Shown one piece after another: positions 20,214 through 29,972 of a stretch of 62,010 nt of DNA (position 1 is the first letter of the stretch; every line of letters begins with the position of its first letter). Under the pieces are notes generated by a model that saw only the letters and a program-made list of their open reading frames with translations, was not told the DNA's origin and did no database searches. The DNA is from Euryarchaeota archaeon UBA443 (GTDB lineage Archaea; Thermoplasmatota; Poseidoniia; Poseidoniales; Poseidoniaceae). The position numbers and the translations under genes were made by a program. The DNA is taken from NCBI GenBank assembly GCA_002499195.1, contig DAKS01000051.1:1-62010 (forward strand), read 5' to 3'.

Positions 20214-22831
20214 CCTACCGCCTCCGTTGCATTGGTTTGCTTCATGTATCGCCAAGAGAATGCAAACAACATCAGGAAGATGATTACCGACCATGCTGCT
20301 GCCACTCCATATGCGCCTTCTCTAAAGGCAACATCGTAGACATAGGTGATTAGAATATCCGTTTGCCCTGGTTCACCAAAGTAGAGATTCGGACCACCAT
20401 CGGTCATCAGATAGATAACATTGAACATATTGAACGTCCAAATAAATCCAAGCAATGAGAGTGGAATCAATGCACTACGAAGATTTGGTAATGTCAAATG
20501 ACGGAATGCCCTCCAACCATAGACTCCATCGACTTCCGCAGCTTCATACATATCTTTAGGCAGGGATTGTAATGCACCACTGATGGACATCATCATGAAT
20601 GGAACACCAAGCCAAATATTGACGAGAATAACAATGATTTGAGAACCTGTTGGATCTGAGAGAAAATCTATGTTTGTCCCCAATAGATCGTTGATAAATC
20701 CATCCGGTTGAAACATCCCCCTCCAGACAAGGACAGAGATGTAAGAAGGAACTGCCCATGGAAGGAGAAGAAGTGTACGGTAAGCTACCTTTCCTTTGAT
20801 TTTGCTTCGATGCAATAGCAGGGCTAAAAACAATCCAATTCCAATGTGAGCGGAAACATTCACTACGGTCCATATGAGTGTAAACAATGTCACTCGAAGG
20901 AAACCATTTGAAGAAAAGACCTCCCAGAAATTATCGAAACCGATGAAGGATTGATCTCCAAGTTGAGTCTGATTAGCATCTGTGAAAGCCAGCCAGAATC
21001 CATACAACACAGGATAGAATGTCAAAACAGCAAGTGCAAGTAAAGCTGGAGCAACATAAAAATGAGCGAGTTTAGACTTTGTTCTTCCAAGTTTTGTATC
21101 GTTCCATTTAGCAAAACTGAGAAGTGCGATCAAAGAGAGAACAATGGCTCCAAGTGCAAACATCACCGGCGATGTATTTCCTGCTTCTGGCCTCTCATCC
21201 GCTACACTGGTCTGAGAACTTGTTGAATACAGCAAATTCTGACCACTGTATACTTCAATCAAATGTTCTTGCTCAGGAACCATTCCAGTGAGTACACATT
21301 GAACCATCTGTGTGGATGGTGGAACAATTCGAACCTGGCCTTCCTGCAAGAACTCAAGTGAACCATCCGAGCAATCATCATAGCCAAGATAGGTCCCATT
21401 ACTTACCGCCTGAACTCGAAGTTCTGTATGTAGAACTCCGTCGACGAATATGTCGTAAGAAGTACCATTATTGGTCTCAAATTCAATGCTTATCGTTCGA
21501 TATCCATCTACAAGCGGATAGGGATCAGCACGAGCGAGGGTAGCGATTTGTTCTTGCAATTGTTGATTTGCTCCACTCAATGCTTCTTCGGTTGTTGCGA
21601 TACCAGAATAAGCCTGTTCAAAGGCTGTTGACAAAGGATCATACACTAATGACATCGCTCTTGTTGTCGGTGCTGGAGTACCGGCTTTGGTTTGCTCAAG
21701 AAATCCTGAGAGGACTTCATCTTCGTTAATTTCATCATCGGATTCAAGAGCGATATGAGTTGGCATCGTGTATGTTTCAACTGCAAATTCTTTCTGAACT
21801 TCTTCCGATGAAAGCCACAATGCAAGTTCGGTTGCTGCGACCTTGTTGGCACTCTGTTTGCTTACAGTCCATCCCTTGTAAGTGACCAGTGGAGACATCC
21901 TTTCACCCGAGTCTTCAACCAATGGCAAAAGGGTTTGACCGATGTTCAAACGACTCGCTTCATAGGTAGCCCAATTCCATGGTCCATCGAAAATCATCGC
22001 CGCCTTCGACGAGATGAATTGATTCTTCATACCCTCAATTTGAGTACCTGTTGCAACTACACCATATTCTAACTCAAGGTCAAGCATCCATTGCATCGCT
22101 TCACTTGAACCATTTGAGTTGATAGTGGGATCTCCGTTTTCATCGAAGAGAGAACCACCAAATCCCTCTTGGATTGGGAACCACCAATAAGCTGTCTTGA
22201 TTGGAATCGCAAGTCCTTGAACATCGTTATACGTCAATGTTTGAGCAGCATTGAGTAAGTCTTGTTCAGTCCACGTTGTATCTGGATAATCCAGCCCTTG
22301 AGCATCAAACAATGCTTTGTTGAAGATCAATGAAAGACAGTCCTGACTGGCGGGAATACCATACAGAGCATCACCATAACGCATGGCTTGTAAAGCGCGT
22401 TCTTCGAACAGTTGACGGTCTTGCGGAGTAAGATGAGGACGTAAGTCCTCCAACAATGGATATCCATCGACACGAACCTCACCAATCGCTCCAAGTTGAT
22501 CACTAGATAATCGCATCAAATCAGGCGCTTGACCACCTTGAGCTGCAGTCATGAACAATTGATCCGCATTTCCAAATGGGACCATCGTTACATCAACAGT
22601 AACATTTGGATATGCAGTTTCAAATGCTATTATTGAATTCATGAACACTTCTTCTTCTTTGCTTTCCGCAGCAAATGTGTGCCAGACTTCAAGAACAATA
22701 TCACCATCTTGTGATTTTTCTTCTACACTTTGTTGGCTGTTTCCCAAACATCCAGATAAGAAAATCATCAAAAATAGGGCAAATGCTAGTGCCCGTTTTT
22801 GAAAGGAAGAACACCACACTATCCCGTGCAT
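20210..22831 (-). CDS. Fused maltodextrin-binding lipoprotein (MalE-like) and permease (MalF-like)
   Basis: Lipobox LSGC; SBP motifs (APDL, LYGIP, LIFNK, MIFDGPW); permease motifs LLLLPWAVP, WLGVPFMM, YEAAEVDG, FNMFNVIYL, TDILIT in one ORF. Confidence 0.88.
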   Translation of the reverse strand: MHGIVWCSSFQKRALAFALFLMIFLSGCLGNSQQSVEEKSQDGDIVLEVWHTFAAESKEEEVFMNSIIAFETAYPNVTVDVTMVPFGNADQLFMTAAQGGQAPDLMRLSSDQLGAIGEVRVDGYPLLEDLRPHLTPQDRQLFEERALQAMRYGDALYGIPASQDCLSLIFNKALFDAQGLDYPDTTWTEQDLLNAAQTLTYNDVQGLAIPIKTAYWWFPIQEGFGGSLFDENGDPTINSNGSSEAMQWMLDLELEYGVVATGTQIEGMKNQFISSKAAMIFDGPWNWATYEASRLNIGQTLLPLVEDSGERMSPLVTYKGWTVSKQSANKVAATELALWLSSEEVQKEFAVETYTMPTHIALESDDEINEDEVLSGFLEQTKAGTPAPTTRAMSLVYDPLSTAFEQAYSGIATTEEALSGANQQLQEQIATLARADPYPLVDGYRTISIEFETNNGTSYDIFVDGVLHTELRVQAVSNGTYLGYDDCSDGSLEFLQEGQVRIVPPSTQMVQCVLTGMVPEQEHLIEVYSGQNLLYSTSSQTSVADERPEAGNTSPVMFALGAIVLSLIALLSFAKWNDTKLGRTKSKLAHFYVAPALLALAVLTFYPVLYGFWLAFTDANQTQLGDQSFIGFDNFWEVFSSNGFLRVTLFTLIWTVVNVSAHIGIGLFLALLLHRSKIKGKVAYRTLLLLPWAVPSYISVLVWRGMFQPDGFINDLLGTNIDFLSDPTGSQIIVILVNIWLGVPFMMMSISGALQSLPKDMYEAAEVDGVYGWRAFRHLTLPNLRSALIPLSLLGFIWTFNMFNVIYLMTDGGPNLYFGEPGQTDILITYVYDVAFREGAYGVAAAWSVIIFLMLFAFSWRYMKQTNATEAVG

Positions 22832-22884
22832 GCCGCGGCCTTGAAATATGCCAACTTAAACACCACGGAACTCTATTGAAAATA

Positions 22885-23805
22885 TCAGTTTGGATTGTGA
22901 TGAGCAATCGGTAATTGACCGAGATGCATCCATTCCAGATGTAGGAGTGTTTTCATTTCCATTCTCGCACCTTGACGCCAACGCTTCCTCATAGTACGTT
23001 CAGCCTCACGACTAGGAATTGGTGCTGGAGAAAATCTGCAATTCGATTCATTAGCCTCAGGTATTGGCGAATCCTCCCATTCCACTCCCCAAAGAATCAA
23101 CCATTCAGGAGGTGCAACACCGAAATCAACCTCAATTTCTGGATTATCAATCGCATTTCTAACATCCTCTGGCGATATCTCTCCGAGCGATAAAAGGTGG
23201 AGAGCCATCGCAGTACGACGAACCTGATTCCATAGGAATGCTTCACCAACAATTTCGAATCCAACGGTTCGTCCATCAACAATCCAAGGAGTACAAGATA
23301 GAATAGTTCGGATAGGATTCTTTCCAGGTTCTAATCGGGCGAAGTTTCTAGCATCATAAGTTCCTTCGAACAGTTTGAGCCATTCAAAAATCACTTCACC
23401 TGGATCTTTCCAAAATTCAATTCCTTCCAATCGATATCGATAGGTGCGATGAACAGCCATCCGAGGATTCCAATCAAAATCAACCTCTCGTACATCCAAA
23501 AAGGCGATTTCATCTGGAAGAAGGTCGTCCACTGCACGAACAAATTTACGTGGTGTAATACTGTTCCAAAGCGAAGTAGCTAGGCGGACTGTTCCGCCAT
23601 TTAGACGAACATTTACCCCTGCGTCGGTTCGACTCGAAAGAACAAGATTGTGTCCTTCTTCTTTTTTTGAAATCCATCCTAGTTTTTGGAACGCGTGAAT
23701 CAATTCACCTTGAACAGTTCGAACATCAGGCTGAATTTGACTACCATGAAAGGCATCACCAAGATAACCAATACGGAAATGCAGACGGGTTTCTGCATCG
23801 GACAT
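22885..23805 (-). CDS. truA: tRNA pseudouridine(38-40) synthase
   Basis: IGYLGDAFHGSQIQP, RTVQGEL, SRTDAGV, AFLWNQVRR. Confidence 0.92.
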   Translation of the reverse strand: MSDAETRLHFRIGYLGDAFHGSQIQPDVRTVQGELIHAFQKLGWISKKEEGHNLVLSSRTDAGVNVRLNGGTVRLATSLWNSITPRKFVRAVDDLLPDEIAFLDVREVDFDWNPRMAVHRTYRYRLEGIEFWKDPGEVIFEWLKLFEGTYDARNFARLEPGKNPIRTILSCTPWIVDGRTVGFEIVGEAFLWNQVRRTAMALHLLSLGEISPEDVRNAIDNPEIEVDFGVAPPEWLILWGVEWEDSPIPEANESNCRFSPAPIPSREAERTMRKRWRQGARMEMKTLLHLEWMHLGQLPIAHHNPN

Positions 23806-23814
23806 GGACTAGCC

Positions 23815-24333
23815 TCAATCGTCAGAAGTGAGAAGTTTCGCTGCTTCTTCTGGAGTATAACCAAGGCCGCCTACTGCCCACACCAATGCTTGCTTAACCC
23901 ATGGTTGAACCATTGGGTTCGCCTTTTCTGGATCAATAACCTCAATCGTATCAACAATATTTCGAGCCGCCATATAGAGGACATCATCGGTTGGAATATC
24001 AGCCATCTCAAGACGGTGGCTGTATCGTTGAAATTCTTTGACCGCTTGAGGGACACGTCGACATTCAAGAGCAAAGGATGCAAAATCAGCGATGTATTCA
24101 TCATTTTCTTCGTCAAGTTCCATGGCCTTCTTGTATGACATCATGATCTTTGTACCCGGAACAACATCTTCCTGTTCTTCCATGTTGAGCATATTTGCAA
24201 ACTCAGCATATGTGTGTTGGAGGATTGCATTATCTCGGTTGGAGCGAAGTTTACCATCGAGGTTTTCCACAGCACCTTTCAAATCACCAGAACGGAATAA
24301 TTCCATTGCTTCTGCCATTATATCGTCGCTCAT
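23815..24333 (-). CDS. Hypothetical helical (TPR-like) protein
   Basis: AMELFRSGDLKGAV...YKKAMELD...FASFAL pattern; weak. Confidence 0.65.
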   Translation of the reverse strand: MSDDIMAEAMELFRSGDLKGAVENLDGKLRSNRDNAILQHTYAEFANMLNMEEQEDVVPGTKIMMSYKKAMELDEENDEYIADFASFALECRRVPQAVKEFQRYSHRLEMADIPTDDVLYMAARNIVDTIEVIDPEKANPMVQPWVKQALVWAVGGLGYTPEEAAKLLTSDD

Positions 24334-24383
24334 ATTTCTCTCTCCGTTCTTCGCAAAAATCAGGGGTTCTTGAACACAACGGT

Positions 24384-25424
24384 TCATTCTTTTCCTTCTT
24401 TTTGTTCGGTTAGAATATCTGCAAGATTATCTAATTTTGTCGATTGGCTGTGTTTCTTGTGCATCTCATTGAGCAAGGTCTTGGTATCTTCCCAACCACG
24501 AATTTTGTAGAAACAATGCTTTGGATCTGGTCGAACGGTTCTAATGGTTCGTTGATAGAACATGAGGGCGAAGAAAGACCTAAGAAGACTTTTTCCAGCT
24601 TTTTCCACACTGGTATCGCCTTGGCTGTCCGGTAGGTTCGGAGAAACTCCAACACTACCACCTACAGATTCTTCAACTATTCCTACACCAGAATCTGTGA
24701 GAATGGTGACCGTTGCAAACCCTGTCATGGTTCCGAACGGAGTGCGTTCGACTTGAACCTCAGAAATTCGATCGAATAGGATACGTCGGTGCGACCGACT
24801 GAGCAAGAAAGCGTGCTTGAAAATCACTGCATTGCTTGTAATTGCATAATCGAAACTTCGTTGGTAAGAAAAGACCAAGGCCCAATAGGTCAATGTAAGA
24901 GCAATCCCTGAAATAAGGAAATCGTACTTTAATCCGAGCAATGGTTCGATATCGGCATCAGAAAATAAATCCCGAATCAATGCTATCAATCCATCGAGTT
25001 GAATCAAAACCGGCAAAAGGGTTGCAAGAAGCAACCAACCCGTGACCCACTTACCTGAAGTCGAAGTATTCATCATTCGATTAAACCACGTAATGGTTAC
25101 CATAACCAAAACGAAACCGAACGGAAGTTTGGAACCACCTAACTCCATAACCCATACGATGAATTTTGCAAAACCACCTGATTCATCGTTCAGTAATGAG
25201 TCGGGTTTCCAAAATGCCAAGTGAATACCAAAGACGATTAAACCAAGCAGATACATGCTCATAAAACCCACAGGACTCGGTGATTTCGTAAGGAGTACTT
25301 CTTCACCTTCGATTAGTTTGAAGCGGTTTTTCATATCTTCTTCATTAGAAGGTTTACTCGTAGTTTCGAGAACCTCTTCTTCTATATCTCCAACTTCTCC
25401 AGACTGCACTTCTTCGTCACTCAT
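24384..25424 (-). CDS. Membrane protein with bacterial PH (bPH_2/YdbS-like) domain
   Basis: 4 TM segments then YAITSNAVIFKHAFL...RILFDRISEVQVERTPFGTMTGFATVTILT. Confidence 0.72.
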   Translation of the reverse strand: MSDEEVQSGEVGDIEEEVLETTSKPSNEEDMKNRFKLIEGEEVLLTKSPSPVGFMSMYLLGLIVFGIHLAFWKPDSLLNDESGGFAKFIVWVMELGGSKLPFGFVLVMVTITWFNRMMNTSTSGKWVTGWLLLATLLPVLIQLDGLIALIRDLFSDADIEPLLGLKYDFLISGIALTLTYWALVFSYQRSFDYAITSNAVIFKHAFLLSRSHRRILFDRISEVQVERTPFGTMTGFATVTILTDSGVGIVEESVGGSVGVSPNLPDSQGDTSVEKAGKSLLRSFFALMFYQRTIRTVRPDPKHCFYKIRGWEDTKTLLNEMHKKHSQSTKLDNLADILTEQKEGKE

Positions 25425-25502
25425 CCTGTTGACCCAGTTGGTTCTCGACACACAAGCACATAAGCCCTTTGCTGTTTAATTAAAGAAGATTGAGGCATTT
25501 CA

Positions 25503-26639
25503 TCAATGCAAAAGTCCCCAACTATGCTCAGCGTTACCGCGAATCCAGTCATACATTGATTCGTGACGTACTCCATACTCATCCTCGATCGTAAGCGATT
25601 CGACCTCAAGCGGGTACTCATTGTAAGTGAGATGGGACCATATCCCTCCTCGAGTGGGTTGATGGAAATCCCAATAGGCACGTGCAATTGCTCGAACATT
25701 CACTCGAATAGAGGTCCGTCCGTTCTTGAGGTGAACTTTGAAACAGGGTAAGTTATTGTCCTGTCGTTGCTTCTCGACAGTTACGATTCGAAAACGTTCA
25801 CTTCGACCATTTTGAGCATCATGAAACAGTCCTCCTTGGCTTACAGCGATATGCGAAACATCACGCCGTTTCCACTCACGAGGGTCTCGACTGAGAATCG
25901 TCGATGAAAGATGGGGCAAGAACCAATCGAGATAGGAACCATCTGAGAAATGGAGAACGCCCCAATACCATGGAACGCTAGGAGCTTGAACGCATACTTT
26001 CTGGAAGTATCCAGTTCCTTTGACATCATTTCCATCAATCGTTCCTTTAACTCGAGTGCCATGAAGACGAAGGATATCATATCCCAGTGAACCGAGATAA
26101 GTTGCTGTTGCTTCTCGAGCGGTCGACATCGCTGGATTCCATGGAGACATAGTCAGTCGAATTGATTGAATTGCATCGTGTTGCAAGTCAAGATTCAACC
26201 AAAACTGTGAACGGTCTGCAAGCATACCCATCGAACAATCATTCTCTAGAAGCGGAACCACTGCTCCTCCACCCTGACCTTCCTGCCCTGGCCATGAAGA
26301 ATGGTTGGAAGGAAGAACGATCATATCACATATCTTTGCAATGATTTCATCGTGCATAACCGAGCCATCAAACCACCAAGCGCAGACCATCCCATCGATT
26401 AGTATAGCACCTTCATCATCAAATCCAGGCGTTCCTTTGGGCTTCCACTCAACATCGTTGATGTGAACAACATCGTTTTCTTTGGTCGACCATAGAACCA
26501 TGAGTTGTTTACCTGCCATCGGATGTTCATCATCATCAAGCATGACAAGCCACCACCACCAATCCCATGTCAAATGCTGAATTGGTGGACGTTGGTTCAA
26601 CGTCCATAACGTAGAAAAATCACCAGCAAAGGAATCCAT
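25503..26639 (-). CDS. Trp-rich AttH/CrtC/tocopherol-cyclase-like beta-barrel protein
   Basis: TWDWWWW near N-terminus; G-x-I-x-G-x-x-V-x-G-x-G-Y-x-Q-K followed by PWYWGVLHFSDG, resembling the lipocalin-like double-barrel families. Confidence 0.55.
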   Translation of the reverse strand: MDSFAGDFSTLWTLNQRPPIQHLTWDWWWWLVMLDDDEHPMAGKQLMVLWSTKENDVVHINDVEWKPKGTPGFDDEGAILIDGMVCAWWFDGSVMHDEIIAKICDMIVLPSNHSSWPGQEGQGGGAVVPLLENDCSMGMLADRSQFWLNLDLQHDAIQSIRLTMSPWNPAMSTAREATATYLGSLGYDILRLHGTRVKGTIDGNDVKGTGYFQKVCVQAPSVPWYWGVLHFSDGSYLDWFLPHLSSTILSRDPREWKRRDVSHIAVSQGGLFHDAQNGRSERFRIVTVEKQRQDNNLPCFKVHLKNGRTSIRVNVRAIARAYWDFHQPTRGGIWSHLTYNEYPLEVESLTIEDEYGVRHESMYDWIRGNAEHSWGLLH

Positions 26640-26647
26640 ATTACCCC

Positions 26648-27985
26648 TCAAACAATCTCTTTGGACTTGAAAATCAACTGGCCAATGAACCAAAAGAACG
26701 CGGCTTGGAAAAGAAGCACGATAACCGATACAACTGTAGTAGCATATGGTCCCATTCCTAGTCCAAGATCGGATTGAGCCCATTCCAATGCACCATAACC
26801 TGGTAACTCATTACTGCCGAAAAATAGGAATGGACCATCGTTATTCGAACCACCTGCCCATGACCCTGCTTCCGTAAACATCGCCATATCGGGCCAAACG
26901 AGATATGCGCCAGAATCGATGATGCTCATCGACCAACCGACGATTGACATACGCAAAAAGCTCGATTCGGGCACAGACATCGAAAGAAGGGCCATCCCCA
27001 GTTCCCATGCAGCAATAGGGAGCGCGAGGATAATTCCATACTTCCATAGAACTCCAAGGAATGCGAAAAGCATACCATAGACCAAGGTTGCTAGTAAGGC
27101 AGCGATGAGAATCGAGAACCAAATTCCAAGATCTCCAAACCGGAAGAATTGGTCACCCGGACCCATGAATCCGGATACAAGCGCCAAAAAAGTACACACG
27201 ACGAGAAGGTACGGCCAAACTATGGCCAAATAACCAAGAATCCGGTAGAGGAAGATTTCTCCACGAGCGATGGGTTTTGCAGTCATGTACTGCATGGTCC
27301 CAGAATTCATCTCATCACGAATCAAACCTGTAGCAAGGAATAGTGGAATGAAAATACTTAGCAAAAATACAAATCCGAGTTTACCGATTCCTAGTATGAA
27401 TGCTCGATGTTGCGCTTCTTTACCGTATCTTTCTTCATCTGGATCCTCATCAACATTAGGATCTGCATAGACAAAATAGGAACCACTACTAACATCATAC
27501 CGCAGAATAATGTTACAAGGATTGCCGTCTCCATTGTCATCTTTTTGACTTGGAAGAAGTGAAGAATCTGTGCAATCACCATCGTTGTCATATCCTGTTT
27601 TAATGTATGATGCATCCGAATAATCCCAATCATAGTCATCTTCATTGATATACATTGATGCAGGCTCGGGTTCAACTGGAGGATTCAGTAATCCTGGATG
27701 CGAAAGTTCATCGTAAATGTCCGTACCATACTTGAACTCCTGACCATTTACATAACCATCTCCATCCCAATCAAAGGAATCACCATCGTTGTCAACGGCT
27801 TCAATTTCGCTATTCATAGCGTCGATGTAAAAGAGAAGAACGACAAAAATTGCAAGGAATCCTACCCCGAGAACAACCCATGTCGAAAGACGTGTTCGAT
27901 ACTGACGCATTGTGAATTCTGCGATGGCTGTCGCCTTGCGGTCAAGAGCGGTCCAAATGGTTTCACCGCGTTTCTTCTTCATCAA
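26648..27985 (-). CDS. ABC-2 type permease with extracellular Ca-binding (TSP3-like) loop
   Basis: IRDEMNSGTMQYMTAKPIARGEIFL ABC-2 motif; DNDGDSFDWDGDG...E...GTD...SHP. Confidence 0.85.
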   Translation of the reverse strand: MMKKKRGETIWTALDRKATAIAEFTMRQYRTRLSTWVVLGVGFLAIFVVLLFYIDAMNSEIEAVDNDGDSFDWDGDGYVNGQEFKYGTDIYDELSHPGLLNPPVEPEPASMYINEDDYDWDYSDASYIKTGYDNDGDCTDSSLLPSQKDDNGDGNPCNIILRYDVSSGSYFVYADPNVDEDPDEERYGKEAQHRAFILGIGKLGFVFLLSIFIPLFLATGLIRDEMNSGTMQYMTAKPIARGEIFLYRILGYLAIVWPYLLVVCTFLALVSGFMGPGDQFFRFGDLGIWFSILIAALLATLVYGMLFAFLGVLWKYGIILALPIAAWELGMALLSMSVPESSFLRMSIVGWSMSIIDSGAYLVWPDMAMFTEAGSWAGGSNNDGPFLFFGSNELPGYGALEWAQSDLGLGMGPYATTVVSVIVLLFQAAFFWFIGQLIFKSKEIV

Positions 27986-28971
27986 CCATAGCCTCCCGTT
28001 AGATAGCCAAGAATCGACTGAAGGTCATCATCAGGATTGTTGATTACCATGACATCATGCTCATTATCAACAATGATTCTTGGCAAACGCTTGTGGAATT
28101 CACCAAGATGGTGAGTGAATATTTTCAACTTTGTAGGACTCGGAAATTGAAGACCATGAACAACCTCCAGACTGAGAACATCTCTGGCCAACGATTTTGC
28201 ATCATTACATTCGATTTCAATAGTGTGAGGAATATTATCCAATTGCTCGCGTATTGCATGCAAATTTCCTATGGCGAGCAACCTACCCTGATGCAAGATG
28301 ACGATCTGTTCTGTAATGCGTTCAATTTCAGAAAGAATATGACTGCTCAACAATATCGTTCGACCCATACGTCCAAGTTCACGAATGACGTTCATGATCG
28401 TCGTTCTAGCCAACGGATCACAACCTTGTAGAGGTTCATCGAGAATGATGAGTTCCGGATCGTTAACCAGTGCATGAGCTATCTTAGCACGTTGTCGCAT
28501 CCCTTTGGAATAAAGTCCGATTTTTTTGTGCATAACATCGGTTAGGCCAACGAACTCGAGAACTCGTTCGGCTTCTATCTTGGCTTCATCCCTTGTAAGT
28601 CCGTGAAGACGGGCAAAAATAGATACAAATTCGTGTGCGGTCATCCAATCGTACATGTTTTCATTTTCAGGAACATAACCAACTCGGGCATACGGTGCTG
28701 GATTCTTCCATGGATTTGTTCCAAACAAACGAACTTCCCCTTGAGAAGGTTGAAGTTTGCCCATGAGCAATTTGAACATCGTCGATTTACCTGCACCATT
28801 CAGTCCAAGAATTCCTGTAACGCCACCGCTTAGAGCGAGAGAAATACCCCCGATCGCTTGGTAACGGCCATAGGTTTTCCCTACATTGTTGAACATCACA
28901 ACCGGTGCCTTCGGTTGTGGAACCCATTGCTGTTCCTGCGCTTTTCCTTCTTGGGCTAAATCGGGAATCAT
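27982..28971 (-). CDS. ABC transporter ATP-binding protein
   Basis: GLNGAGKST, YSKGMRQR, ILDEP, SSHIL. Confidence 0.92.
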   Translation of the reverse strand: MIPDLAQEGKAQEQQWVPQPKAPVVMFNNVGKTYGRYQAIGGISLALSGGVTGILGLNGAGKSTMFKLLMGKLQPSQGEVRLFGTNPWKNPAPYARVGYVPENENMYDWMTAHEFVSIFARLHGLTRDEAKIEAERVLEFVGLTDVMHKKIGLYSKGMRQRAKIAHALVNDPELIILDEPLQGCDPLARTTIMNVIRELGRMGRTILLSSHILSEIERITEQIVILHQGRLLAIGNLHAIREQLDNIPHTIEIECNDAKSLARDVLSLEVVHGLQFPSPTKLKIFTHHLGEFHKRLPRIIVDNEHDVMVINNPDDDLQSILGYLTGGYG

Positions 28972-29972
28972 TCGCGCGTCACCTCCATGGATGATACGCG
29001 TACGCTAAGAACGTACAATGAAACTGCATTGATCGCCACAACCGAAGCAAGGGACCAAATCCAAGGATGGTCGTATACGATATTGGTTCCAATCAACGCT
29101 TGTCCTACGTGTGCAACAGAATCGTAGGGCGAAATTAGGTATAGGATTGAACTATCAAACAATCCATTTACAATAGCTGCGAGTGTTTTCGTCCCCAACA
29201 AGACGGCAAGAAGTGCGATTCCAGGGAAGAACTTTCCACGGGAAACAGAAGAAAGTGCAAGTCCGATACTGGTGTAGGTAACGACCAAGAGAATCGCACA
29301 GAATACGGTTGTCAAAAACAAGGGAAATGTGTCTAGAATCCAGGCCCAGCCTCGACCCATTGCCAAAATATCAACAAAGTAATACAAGAAAAGTGTACCA
29401 ATAATGATGAAGGATTGAATTGTTGCAACCGCTAAATACTTCATTCCAACGTAATCAAACCGATTGATTGGCCGTGAAAAATACAGGGCACTGGTTCCAT
29501 TCGACCGATCTTCTGAAATCACACCCCCAACCAATAAGGCTGCTACCAGTGGATAATACAACATATTGCGTGGGAAGAATCCAAGTACGTGACCGTAGAG
29601 ATTGTTTCGACCAACACCCCAAAGTTCGTACAGATCAGGTTCACCGATAACGGCGAATAAAAGTGTCAATGCGACATCGGTCATTGAAGCGATCAAAACA
29701 AAAATCAGAACTAATTTAGTTGGTATTCCCCAAGGACGGTGACCCTTACGAACTATACCGAGTACATGGTGACGGAAAATAGCCCAATTACGCATCCACC
29801 GAGGATTCAAGGTTCCTTGCCAAGGAACGTAGACTTGTTCGAATACTTGCCCTGTTTGGGCAACCGGTTGAGCAATACTAGCCTGGTCGCTTGATTCAGA
29901 ACCCCATGCCGCATCCATTCGACTTTTCCCGGTGACGGGATTTGAAGCATCAAGAGTTGATTCCTCGGTCAT
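28968..29972 (-). CDS. ABC-2 type permease
   Basis: ISEDRSNGTSALYFSRPINRFDY motif, ~6 TM. Confidence 0.85.
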   Translation of the reverse strand: MTEESTLDASNPVTGKSRMDAAWGSESSDQASIAQPVAQTGQVFEQVYVPWQGTLNPRWMRNWAIFRHHVLGIVRKGHRPWGIPTKLVLIFVLIASMTDVALTLLFAVIGEPDLYELWGVGRNNLYGHVLGFFPRNMLYYPLVAALLVGGVISEDRSNGTSALYFSRPINRFDYVGMKYLAVATIQSFIIIGTLFLYYFVDILAMGRGWAWILDTFPLFLTTVFCAILLVVTYTSIGLALSSVSRGKFFPGIALLAVLLGTKTLAAIVNGLFDSSILYLISPYDSVAHVGQALIGTNIVYDHPWIWSLASVVAINAVSLYVLSVRVSSMEVTRE

